In this document: one piece after another, positions 1 to 11,223 of the stretch
Position numbering within the stretch: position 1 is the first letter of the stretch
Layout of the letters: every line of letters starts with the position of its first letter
Origin: Nymphaea colorata
Taxonomy: Eukaryota
Length of the DNA: 64,000 nt
Assembly: GCF_008831285.2 (NCBI RefSeq)
Contig: NC_045138.2
Coordinates: 35,154,001 to 35,218,000 of the forward strand
Direction: 5' to 3'
The notes under the pieces: generated by a model
Databases searched by the model: none
The model's input: the letters and a program-made list of their open reading frames with translations, nothing else
Told to the model about the DNA's origin: nothing
Program-made: the position numbers and the translations under genes

Positions 1-3000
1 TTGAATCATTCTAATGATATATATTCACTTGATTCTTCCTCAACCTGAAAGAAATACATATAGTCAATTGACAAATGATTCACAAAATATTTAATGAATA
101 CAATTTCTTCAAAACATACTTACTTTTGTTAAAACTTCATGCATTGGATCACCATCATTCTTTACCCAATTACCCAAACAAACCAAAGCTTCAACTGTGT
201 TGGGCATCAATGAACTACGACTATCACTAACAATTCGACCTCATGTACTAAAAGCCTTTTTTGAAGCAACAGAAGTTATTGGAATTGACAACAGATCACG
301 TGCCATTTGTGAAAGAATTCGATACTTAGATTCCTTATCCTTCCACCATTGCAAAATATTGAAAGAATCTTCATCATCATTATCATCATGCTTAATCAAT
401 CCGTCCTCCAAATATGTGTCTATCTCAGATTTGGTGACCTGAAAAGCAACATTCTCAGCTTTACCTAAGAACTTAAAAAATAGCTTTCTTCCACCACGTG
501 GTGTGTCTCGACTCTCTCGACCTTGAATCCTAGAGGAATTAGTTGATGCAGTAGAAATATTGACATTCACTTCATTTCTTTGAATGTAACTTTCATAAAT
601 ATCTTGTAAAGATTGTTTTATCGTTTGTATTTGTTCTTCCCTTTCTTCTCTTGACTGGTAAATTCTTGAAAAGACAAATTCTGATAATGTGAGTTTCACG
701 CGTGGATCTAATATGGATGCAATAATCATTAACAAGTTACAGGGTTTCCAATATTTATCAAATTTGTCCTTCATTTTCACTGTCATTGCCTTCATAAATC
801 CACCTTCATTTGCAACCATTTCCTGCAATATTTCTTGAATTCTCCAAATTTCAAGAAAATACAAGTTTGCTGTTGCATAAGATGACCCAGAAAATAAGGT
901 GGACACATCATAGAAAACTTGCAGAAAATCACATATCACTGCTATTTTTTCTCAATCCTCAGGTCCAAGCAACCATACCATGCCTGGGTCTTCCATACTA
1001 TATCTTGCAAAAGCATCTTTATATGCAAGAACTGTTTCCAACATAAAATATGTTGAATTACATCGAGTTTGTACATCTAACACTAACTTCTTTGTCGTTG
1101 AAATTTTCAACTCTTTTGGTGCACCTGCAAAACCATTGAGTCTTGAAGGTGAAACTTTGATATATTTTACTGCATCTCTAATGCTAATGATTTTATCTTT
1201 AATGGCACTCAACCCATCTTGTACCATCAGATTCAAAATATGTGCACAACATCGCACATGAAAAAATTTACCACCATAATACAAGTTGATGCCGCTTTTT
1301 TCCATGTTCTCTTTCAGTTTTTTGACAAGAACATCATTTGATGAAGCGTTGTCAACTGTAATAGATATTATTTTCTTTTTAATCTCCCACTATGCAAGAT
1401 GCTTAGCAATTACATTTGCTAAAACTAGCCCAGTATGAGGAGGCACAACTTCGGTAAAGTTGATGATACGTGTTTGCATATTCCACTCTTTATCAATGAA
1501 ATGTGTTGTTAATGCCATATATCCAAGTTGTTGGTTTGATGTCCACATATTTGTAGTCAAAGCAATCTTATCTACACCTTTGAAGAGAAGAAGCAATTTC
1601 TTTTTTTCATCTTCATATAATTTCATGACATCTCGCTTAACTGTCGATCTTGAAACTGACACCCAATTAGGAAAACCAAGCCTAAGAAGGAACCTAAACC
1701 AACAATTATCCACTATGGAAAAAGCATGTTCTCCTGTTGCCACTAGTTTTGCAACTATCTCTCTTATTGTTTGTGCATCAATGTTGGAACCCATTTCCAT
1801 AAGCTTCTTCGTGACATCTGAAGTATTCCTAGATTTAAAACTTAAAATCGTTTGCTTTTTGTTAGCAAAATGTGTCAAACATTTGTGTCTTCTCATTGAT
1901 GATGTAGATCTTCCTGCACTTATCGAAAACATTGTACTGCAATACTTACATTTTCCTTTTTTGATACCATTTACATTGACCTCGTCAAAATAATTCCATA
2001 TTGTAGAAGTCTTTGCCCTTGATCTTTTTGCACCACTAATACGTGCTTTAGGAGCATCTATTGAAACTCCTTCATTTTCAGTGTTGTGCGAACTCATAGG
2101 AGTTTCATTAGAGGAATGTACTCCGATTGGGGTATCATCTGAACTCTGTCTCGAATCACATACTTGCTTGCCCTTATCAATGACATTTCTTTCTAAATTC
2201 GTCATTCTTCAAACTAGTAATTTTCCCTCCTGCTCAAGTTATTCTCCTATTTGAACATCATATTTGACAGAAACATATTACAATATAAGGGAATATGAAA
2301 TGAAAAACACTAGTTCTTATTATTAAATATAAAAAACACGAATCATTGGGTTAAATATCATAAGAGTGGCCTATTTCAGTTATTGCATAAGAGTTGTAAA
2401 TACATTTTAAACACAATACAGTCAAGACTACAAACATATACATACTCAACTTCTTTCTTTAGCTTAACTAAGGGGTATGGATCTCTAGCCATCAAAAGAA
2501 TAGCTATGTTATCATCAAAAAAAGAGCAAAACCAGACATAATACTGGTGATGATTGATTCACATGAAAGTACCAAACATCCAGACCCCTTAGTTAAGTAT
2601 GTATTTAAGTCAAAAAACAAGTATGTATATCTGAGATAAGACTAACTAGAAATATGCACATAAAGAATGTGAATGTATCCAAGTCATGACATCTGTACGC
2701 AATTCCAGTTTAGACCATGCAACATGGTGTTCAGTTCGTTTTCAATTCCTTCTCATTAAAATACTATAGGTCCATGTAATACCAAGCTCAAAAAATGATG
2801 CAATATAGCATCCATCAAGAAAGCAAATTCGGCAGGCTTATACCCTGGCACATTAAATATTTGAAACCCAAAGCAACTATTGCCTAGTCCACTGAAATAG
2901 CAGTGTATTTGCAAAATATTCAGAAGTGATGCATGAAATCAGATCAATTAACGAAGAGGCAAAAGTTCATTGGAATAAAGTCATCAATGTAAAGTCATCT

Positions 3001-4875
3001 GTACGCACTGGTAGCTAGGATGTATTTGGACAAATTCATACCTCAGTAACCAGCTCAAGTGGTGTATCTTATCTTCAAATAGAGAGAGAGAAAATTGTAT
3101 TCCCACCAACGGCTTGTGCCAACAGCTCCAAATGGTGCTGTTGGGAACTTGGGAGTAGCCAATTGCTAGTAAACCTATATATGATAAAAATAAGTATAAA
3201 AAACAGAAAAACAAAAACAAAATACACATTCAACCTATATATGATTTATCTATACTGTTCTAGTACACACACATAACATACATATACATGCATATAATCA
3301 ACATATATTTGGATAAAAAGAACGCACATGAGTTTAAAGAATATAACATCATCACAAAGTTATGGTGCTATCATCAAAAGATTGCTAAGAAAATTAAGTT
3401 TTTACAAGTACTCTTCTCTGCCCATCTTCCACCATCTCTACCGCACAGAAGACGGCAGCAGGCAAGTCAGACTGGCAGCGAGCAATGTGAGGCATCTATT
3501 CCTCCACTTTGGGTTTTGGGTTATTGTTTTCGCCGTCCGGTGCTTTCATCCGTCGACTCTCAAGTCTCAAGATCCCAAGCTTTTGCTGTTACCATGGCAG
3601 CTAGAAGATCTTTTCTGTGGGATAAATGAATGGAGCTATACAGGGCAGTCAGCAGGGAACATAGAAACCTCAACTAGTTTGGGTGTCTGGGTCGTTCTGA
3701 CTTGTCAGAGAGGTCATCAGAGAAAAAAAAAGAAGAAAAATGAGCTTTACGCGCGGACACCCTTCCATCCTGGGTTTGTGTCGTAGTCTACATCTTCTAC
3801 TCGAACTCCCACTCTACTCCCACACAGAGGACAACTAGTCTGGCGTGCGTCTGTTACTAATCGACAAAGGGAAACAGAAAACAAAGGGGTCGAGAGTTTT
3901 ATATTGAGCAGAACAGACTCTGCTACTATCGCTGGAGGCGCAGGTCAGTTTCAGTTTGTTTTAGCAATGGTGCATCAGTGGACAGACCCTCTATGAGGGT
4001 TTGGGTATAAGATTATTCCCTACATTAGGTTCAAAACCCTATGACAAAGCCTTTAACATAGATATGCCTTCTCGGTTTTAGGCTGAGCTCTGGTCTCAAT
4101 CTCTCGCAGAAACCGAGAGGAAAGAAAGGGAACAACATCATATAGAAACCAGAGAGTAAGCAAAACCTCACCTCACACTGCAAAAGAGATTACCAGAGCG
4201 TGTATGTGGTTCTTCGTGCGAACCAGGGAGAGGCGTTCGGATGTGACTGAGGAGCCGGAGAGGGAAAAGCATCTGCAAAAGAAGAAAGGTTGAACCAAGA
4301 AACAAAGAGAAAGCTGATGAAAAACGACCATGGAGGACCTTATCCAGCAGATTCAGGAGAAAGTGCAAGTTTCTTTTGGGGAGCGACCATGGGTACCTCA
4401 CCTTGAGCTGAAGGCAGAGCAGCCGGCTGACCTTGAACTTGAAGGCTGAAGTTGCCCACAGACATAGACGAATGGTTCCTCCTGCAGACGTCGGAGACTC
4501 CCAAACGGGAAAACTAGAGAAGAGAAGAGAAGGAGAAGACGGAGAGACCGAGAGGCAAGAGAGGGAGAGTCGGAGTCGGAGAGAGCTCAGAGAGGGAGAA
4601 GTGAGAACGAAAACGAAAAAAGGAAAGTAGGAAACCCTAAGATTCTACCCGCTTTCTCATCTGAACCGGTTTTAAAAAAACCGGTTCATTACTAAACGAG
4701 CCGAGTCGAGCTTTAACGAGTTCACTCAAATGAACTCGAACTCGACTCGATTAATTAAACGAGTCGGCTCGTCAACTCGAGCTCGACTCGTTTAACTAAA
4801 TAAGCAGCTCGTTTAAACTTACGAGTCGAGTTAAACGAGTCAAGCTCGAGTAACTCGACTCATTGTGCACCCCTA
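1..4875 (-). mobile_element. hAT (Ac/Tam3-type) DNA transposon, left copy; 5' terminus at 4875, runs off the left window edge
   Basis: The minus strand begins TAGGGGTGCACAATG at 4875, followed by dense CGAGTC/GAGCTCGA subterminal repeats (about 4695-4860), a long leader and a transposase frame. The outer flank 4876-4883 reads TTCAAGAC in element orientation. Confidence 0.9.
6..2205 (-). pseudogene. hAT transposase (BED finger, DDE core, C-terminal dimerisation domain; RICESLEEPER/DAYSLEEPER-like), inactivated
   Basis: ORFs 2205-1390, 1305-952 and 939-241 share one frame broken by stops at 1390-1392, 952-954 and 241-243. Motifs: WNYF..CKYC..SSMRRH (BED), ITVDNASSND, HVRCCAHILNL, DILS-like RDLLSIPITSVAS. 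Catalytic D in LTTD is N and catalytic E in ASE is K. A GT-AG intron at 123-45 precedes a last exon 44-6 (VEEESSEYISLE*). Confidence 0.9.
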
Positions 4876-4954
4876 GTCTTGAACACTGGAGTTTGAAGAT
4901 GTGCACGGGAAGACTCACACCAACACCGTGCAAATCCATGTATGCTCACAGAAC

Positions 4955-6119
4955 GTAAAATATATCAAAGTTTCACCTTCAAGACTCAATGGTTTTGCAG
5001 CTACAACAAAAAAGTTAGAAATTTCAACGACAAAGAAGTTAGTGTTAGATGTACCATCTCGATGGAATTCAACATATTTTATGTTGGAAACAGCTCTTGC
5101 ATATAAAGATGCTTTTGCAATATATAGTATGGAAGACCCAGGCATGGTATGGTTGCTTGGACCTGAGGATTGGGAAAAAATAGCAGTGATATGTGATTTT
5201 CTGCAAGTTTTCTATGATGTGTCCACCTTATTTTCTGGGTCATCTTATGCAACAGCAAACTTGTATTTTCTTGAAATTTGGAGAATTCAAGAAATATTGC
5301 AGGAAAAGGTTGAAAATGAAGGTGGATTTATGAAGGCAATGGCAGTGAAAATGAAGGACAAATTTGATAAATATTGGAAACCCTGTAACTTGTTAATGAT
5401 TATTGCATCCATATTAGATCCACGCGTGAAACTCACATTATCAGAATTTGTCTTTTCAAGAATTTACCAGTCAAGAGAAGAAAGGGAAGAACAAATGCAA
5501 ACGATAAAACAATCTTTACAAGATATTTATGAAAGTTACATTCAAAGAAATGAAGTGAATGTCAATATTTCTACTGCATCAACTAATTCCTCTAGGATTC
5601 AAGGTCGAGAGAGTCGAGACACACCACGTGGTGGAAGAAAGCTATTTTTTAAGTTCTTAGGTAAAGCTGAGAATGTTGCTTTTCAGGTCACCAAATCTGA
5701 GATAGACACATATTTGGAGGACGGATTGATTAAGCATGATGATAATGATGATGAAGATTCTTTCAATATTTTGCAATGGGGGAAGGATAAGGAATCTAAG
5801 TATCGAATTCTTTCACAAATGGCACGTGATCTGTTGTCAATTCCAATAACTTCTGTTGCTTCAGAAAATGCTTTTAGTACAGGAGGTCGAATTGTTAGTG
5901 ATAGTCGTAGTTCATTGATGCCCAACACAGTTGAAGCTTTGGTTTCTTTGGGTAATTGGGTAAAGAATGATGGTGATCCAATGCATGAAGTTTTAACAAA
6001 AGTAAGTATGTTTTGAAGAAATTGTATTCATTAAATATTTTGTGAATCATTTGTCAATTGACTATATGTATTTCTTTCAGGTTGAGGAAGAATCAAGTGA
6101 ATATATATCATTAGAATGA
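4955..6119 (+). pseudogene. C-terminal half of the hAT transposase, frame open but N-terminally truncated
   Basis: ORF 4901-6016 contains SRWNSTYFML, ILDPRVKL and RDLLSIPITSVASENAFSTGGR (catalytic E intact). Intron 6002-6080 (GTAAGT...TTTCAG), last exon 6081-6119. The BED finger and first two catalytic Asp residues are absent. Confidence 0.85.
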
Positions 6120-6331
6120 TTCAAGTTGCCTCTCGGTAATGCTTGTTTTTTTTCTTGTTGTTTTCTTTAATGAATATATATAAGGTTTCTCAACTTTGGC
6201 TTGTAGCATTAGTGTCTGTATTTTATTCCTCAAGCATGTCTCTTCAAAATTTTAATATTATTGAACAGTTGACCATGCTTATGTTACTGATGATATAAGT
6301 TGTTTACCAAGAGCTTTGATCTTTATTTCAG

Positions 6332-7761
6332 GCCTCTGCAAACTGCATTGCTTTCCACCGGTAGCACTTGCTTGGGACCCCACATCTGGTTTGCATATTA
6401 CTCCAAACTTGTATCTTGACACTGTTATAGTAGATTCATCACCTGCAATGTGGGGATCAGATGCAGGATCTGATAAAACCACTATCTTGCTGATGGTATT
6501 GTCTTCATTTGCTAGTGATATTGATTTCTTTACTTTCCTGTTTGATGTAACTCATCAGGTAGTAACTCTGTGTTTGATATACACTGGTATCTACTTTCAT
6601 CACATCCACTAAAATGACATGGGCCACGAGTGTTTGAGCACACAAATGAACATGTGGACGTAAGTTGATGGCCATGTCTTCTATGTTTTCCTGTAAATTG
6701 TTTGACACCCAATTGTCTTGAAATACATTTAGCTGTATTTGCAGTTTTGTTAAAAAGATAATACTCACTCCTTTATAAAAAATTTATGTAGATCTGAACG
6801 GATAAAAATGGTTTGTTATAGTATCTGTGTTGAAAGTAGTGTTGCCAAACGCTTCAATTTGATTTAAAGTTGTAATAGTTACAGATAAGACTTCAATAAT
6901 CTTTTACAAAAAGTTGCTATTCTCTAATGGGAAAATCTGCTTTTACACTATACTAGTTAAGAATAAGTCTATGCCACAGGTTCCATATTCACTAAAGTAG
7001 ATAATTCATGGGCTTCCATCTGCAATTACATTTACTTGTGCAGTTTTCAGGAAGGTACCTGTATCATTGCTGGGTATGGTAAATGTAACCCATCTTTCTC
7101 TTATTTCTAACTTTTCAATAGGTGGTTTGCATGATACAAAGAAACCCAACTGCTGTTGTAGCACTAGTTACAGTTCCACTGGTCTGCTTTGTTCATCCTG
7201 CCCTTGGGTTGATTGTGATGCTTCTTTCTCATGCTTCAAATTGTCATATGGCCCTCTGTAGGTATTCCTTTAATTGCCCACTTTGGCCTATTTCCTCGAA
7301 ATGGTTCCATATATCCTCGAAATGGCCTATTTATCAGCTATGTAGGGCTGATAAATTGGTTCTAGAAATAGTAACTTATGGTGACTATGTTTTGGTAAGC
7401 TTTAATCATGTTAGCTGTTGTCTTTCATAGAATTGGGATGGGCCAAAGCTTCCCATGGTTCATTGATTCGGTACTTTCAGTTGGAGTCATGCTCCATGGT
7501 CTTTGTGGTTGGAAGCCAGAGCATAACATTCCTTTGTTCCCATTACCTGGCATGCATGGGAGAGAAGTTGGGTTGAACTTTTTTTACTTTCTTGCTGGTT
7601 ACTACTGTTATTTTTCTGCTCTTCAATTGGCACCATACCAAGGTTGCTACGCAATGGCTTCCACTGGTGTTATTACTATAATTTTGAGAATTATCCATAG
7701 ACAAAGTAGAGAGAAGGGGAATAGTCATTTTAGCTGCAGAAAACATTCTCACAGACACTAG
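6332..7761 (+). pseudogene. Captured exon fragments of a plant PGAP1-like (GPI inositol-deacylase family) gene inside the hAT element
   Basis: Exon-like blocks with splice signals: 6332-6495 (GLCKLHCFPPVALAWDPTSGLHITPNLY...DSSPAMW), 7122-7261 (NPTAVVALVTVPLVCFVHPALGL..LLSHA..CH) and about 7429-7761 (RIGMGQSFPWFIDS...LAGYYCYFSALQLAPY...RKHSHRH*). These match my recollection of the C-terminal half of Arabidopsis At3g27325-type proteins; intervening exons appear to be missing. Confidence 0.75.
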
Positions 7762-10700
7762 AGCTCTATGGTGCTTGTGGTCTTTTTCTCATATGGGCAT
7801 TACGGGTCACAACGCAGCCGCTGTCTTCTGTCCACCTCTGTGGATAACTTGCTGACCTGAGGAGTGCATGGAAGAGTCATTTCATTCTTGTGAAGGAATT
7901 TTCATGGCCATTTGCAGGTCCTTCGTTGTTCCAATTGATTTTTAGCTGATGAATTGAGTTTTGGCATGGGAACAGACTGGGTCCTTTTTGCAATGTAGAG
8001 TCTTCCACAACATGCTATTTTCATCTGGCATGCTACTGAAGAATTATAGATCTCTTGGTGCTATATTCATGTCAAAAGTTACTATTTAGCAGATAACAGA
8101 GGACTATCTCCAATCTTATAACGTGCAAACTGCGGGAGGGTTTGTTGAAGTGCTGGACTCTAAATGATTGACCTTTTTGGGTTATCATTACCCGAACTCT
8201 CCATTTCTCTTTCTCTCTCCCTAAAGAAACCTTGGCGCCTCTAATTGACGTACTGGTCCCGCAATTGGTTTGATTCACTGTAAACGAGTTAAACGAGTCG
8301 AGCTCGACTTGGTTTAATTCTTAAACTAAACGAGCTAAACGAGTCGAGCTCGACTATGTATAGTCGAGTCCAGCTCGAGCTCGTGTTAGGAACTCGACTC
8401 GAGTTCGAGCTCGAGCATTTCGAGCCAAGTCGAGCTCGAGCTGGGCGAGCTCGAGCTCAACTCGGCTCGTGTGCAGCCCTATCAAGACCACTTGCATATA
8501 TGTGTGCTATGTACCATGTGGGTGAGAGAAAATTAAGGTACGACCAACTAGACTGAGGATAATTAATTAAGACACCAAATTAAATGCAGATGCTTCCAGC
8601 TTTGAGGTTAATTAGGTAACGACCTAGAGCTGCACATATGGCCTGCAAATTTTCGAAGAAGGGTGCTAGGGCCCCTACCTACAAATTAAAACATCCCACC
8701 AACGTGGAAATTAAACTCTATATACATATACGTATGTGTGTGTGTATTTGTATTATATTATATTATATTATACACATATATACTCAAAGCAGTACCTTAC
8801 CTTAATTTGCAACACTTTCTTGTGGGTGATCAATGGATGTGATGCTTTACAAGTTAAATTATGTTGAGGGGAAGGTACGGCACGGCATATATATATATAT
8901 ATTACAAAAGCGGGAGAAGCTAACAATCCGAATGCCACTCCCCAAGGTACGGCTCCGATCGACGTGCCCCGGTTGCCCCAAGTAATCGGGCAGGCATGCT
9001 GCAGAATTGCAAATAATGAAACCCTATGACGCGTAAAAGCAACGATCCCGATCGGTCAATCTTATCGGCGTAGCTAGTGCTCTATGAGTTGGCCGGTAAT
9101 CCGGAACCTGCTTGCATTTGTTTTTCCTTCTGCATTATCCTTTTCATATAAAGGCTCTTGACCCTTGAATCCGTAACGGCGTGGGTTAAAAAGAAATGGT
9201 GGCGATCGTGCTAGCTAGATAGGATGTTTTCCTCCAACCACCACCAAAAAAAAAAAAAAAAAGAACCGGGGGATCTCAAAGAAAAGGGGAAAGCACTAAA
9301 ACTAGCGGGGAAAGGCAGGACGTGAAGGGCACGGGCTTTCTTTCCCATCCTTTATTTAGTTTGGATGAGCTAGATTCATTTAGTTTAGTGTATGCATCAT
9401 CTTCTGTTTAAAGACCACTTAAAAGGACAGGCATGACAGCATGCTTTTGGGCGGACAAAAAAGACCAAATCGATCAGGTCCCTAGCTGTCTATGTCTATG
9501 TCTATGTCCAATGTCATTCCAAAAAATTTATCATCGACTGCACTACTTTTTTTTGGGTTCGGACTGTCGGGGCAGAGCAACCTTGTACTTCTCTACCAGC
9601 AAATTAATGAGGACCGATCATAAAAACTTTCCTTTAGCTTCTAGAAACAAGAAGTTGCTGCAAATAGAACCCTTCCTTTTGTAAGTGCTTTTTCCAAATT
9701 CTCCCTCCAATCTCCCCGAAACCGATGCATGCTTCAGATGGCTTCAAAGAAATGCACATTTATGCATTCGATCGCTTCACAGGGGAATTGCAGAGTACGT
9801 ATATACATACATATGCATGATTCTTCAATTAGCCAGCGCAAAGTTGTGATTTAGCCTTATTAACGCCGACTAGCTAGCTAGTCGTACTGCAGATTTAAGA
9901 CGAAAGTTGACGCCAATTTAACGTGAAGATCATGACCATTTGCAAGAGATAAAAAAATTATAAAAAAGGCAATCACGAGTGAAATTTATGAAACCCACCA
10001 ACTCAATTGAAGCAGGTAAGGTATATGCGATAATGTCATGTATAGTGCTTCACACGGCGATTGGGGCAAAATACCAAGAGGTTGGTGGGCAGTGGTGAGA
10101 AAGGAAGGGCCTTCTTCATTACTCATAGAAGGGAAAGGATATTAAATGAAAGTGGTGGCAATTGCAGATCAAAGGTAAGGAACAGGTCAGTCTAGGCTGG
10201 TGGGGCCACCCACTCTTTCCAAGGAAATTGCACCATGTGCATCTCCGGCAGGGTCCAAGCGTTTGGCCGGAGGAGCTAAGGCCACCGGCCGGGGCCCACT
10301 GCCCTGACAAGGAGTCTTAGTGGTGTGTGGCCGCCCATAAACTTCAATTGGCTCCTACATGCGTTGCATCGGGGGAACAAGCAGCCGTGACAATGGGGTC
10401 AGCCAAAGATATTGCGCTCGCTGAGTGGTGCTATCGTTAAGAGGGCATCCAAGGGTCCACTGTGCACAAGGATAATGGTTTACAAAAATGAAAGCACTCT
10501 CTCTCTCCCATGACATGCAAGATTATATTTGACCCACTAAGAAAGAAATGATCCAAAAGCAAGCAGAGTGTGTCAGTTTTTTTTTTTTTTTTCATTCATT
10601 AAAACGGAGGACCCCGCGAAAAATAACATGTGCCTACTTCAATTGATAACCGCACACATTAATACTCTCTCTCTCTCTCTCTCGTTACGCACACGCACAC

Positions 10701-11102
10701 GCACACGCACACGCACACACTCTTGCGTTTGTGACAAGTTTTCCAGTTCGTTTGATTCCCACGGCGCCATCCATTCCATTGATTTAAAGTCAACACCTCG
10801 TTGGCACTAGTTATCACGGTAAATGCTTATTTATTGGCCGATTTAACGAGGCCGGCCTGCATTCCTAACAAAGGTGACTGCAATTGCAGTTCCAAATTTC
10901 ATTCAAGTTCCCCGGAAGTGTCATAAACTTGGGCTATAAATATTGCTTTCTCCAAGACGAAAAACTAAGTTTTTCCAAACTGGACCAAATGCCCCCACAA
11001 GCATCGTTTATGATACTTGCTATCACCCATGTGACACATATTTATGTTGGAGATATTGCACGCTCATGAACAAACAAATTGCAAGGGAAAAAGAAAAATA
11101 TT

Positions 11103-11223
11103 GAAGGTGCCGTCTTCCCCTGAAGTTGGTGAGACCGACTGTGATCTGTGGTCAATTAATCATATGTATGAAGATGCCGTCTTCCCCTGAAGTTGGTGAG
11201 ACCGATTGTGATCTGTGGTCAAT
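11103..11223. repeat. Tandem duplication, period 67 bp
   Basis: GAAG(G/A)TGCCGTCTTCCCCTGAAGTTGGTGAGACCGA(C/T)TGTGATCTGTGGTCAAT occurs at 11103 and 11170. Confidence 0.9.

Larger units (their letters stand above)
4955..8481 (+). mobile_element. 5'-truncated inverted copy of the same hAT element, including its 3' terminus
   Basis: 4955-6124 is the reverse complement of 1-1170 (about 20 substitutions, no indel, by manual comparison). Subterminal CGAGTCGAGCTCG repeats occupy 8281-8470 and the terminus ...GTGTGCAGCCCTA ends at 8481, followed by TCAAGAC. Confidence 0.9.

Noticed and set aside
241..2205. Domesticated SLEEPER gene
   Set aside because: TIR, subterminal repeats, TSD, a near-identical second copy and premature stops indicate a transposon, not a domesticated gene.
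197..5928. ORFs 197-442, 810-1046, 980-1261, 1460-1993, 4915-5145 and 5683-5928
   Set aside because: They are antisense shadows of the transposase frame.
4695..8481. CRISPR-like or satellite reading of the CGAGTCGAGCTCG clusters (also the TCGGAT clusters at 55202-55581)
   Set aside because: Irregular short motifs adjacent to TIRs are transposase-binding subterminal repeats; there is no repeat-spacer periodicity and the DNA is eukaryotic.
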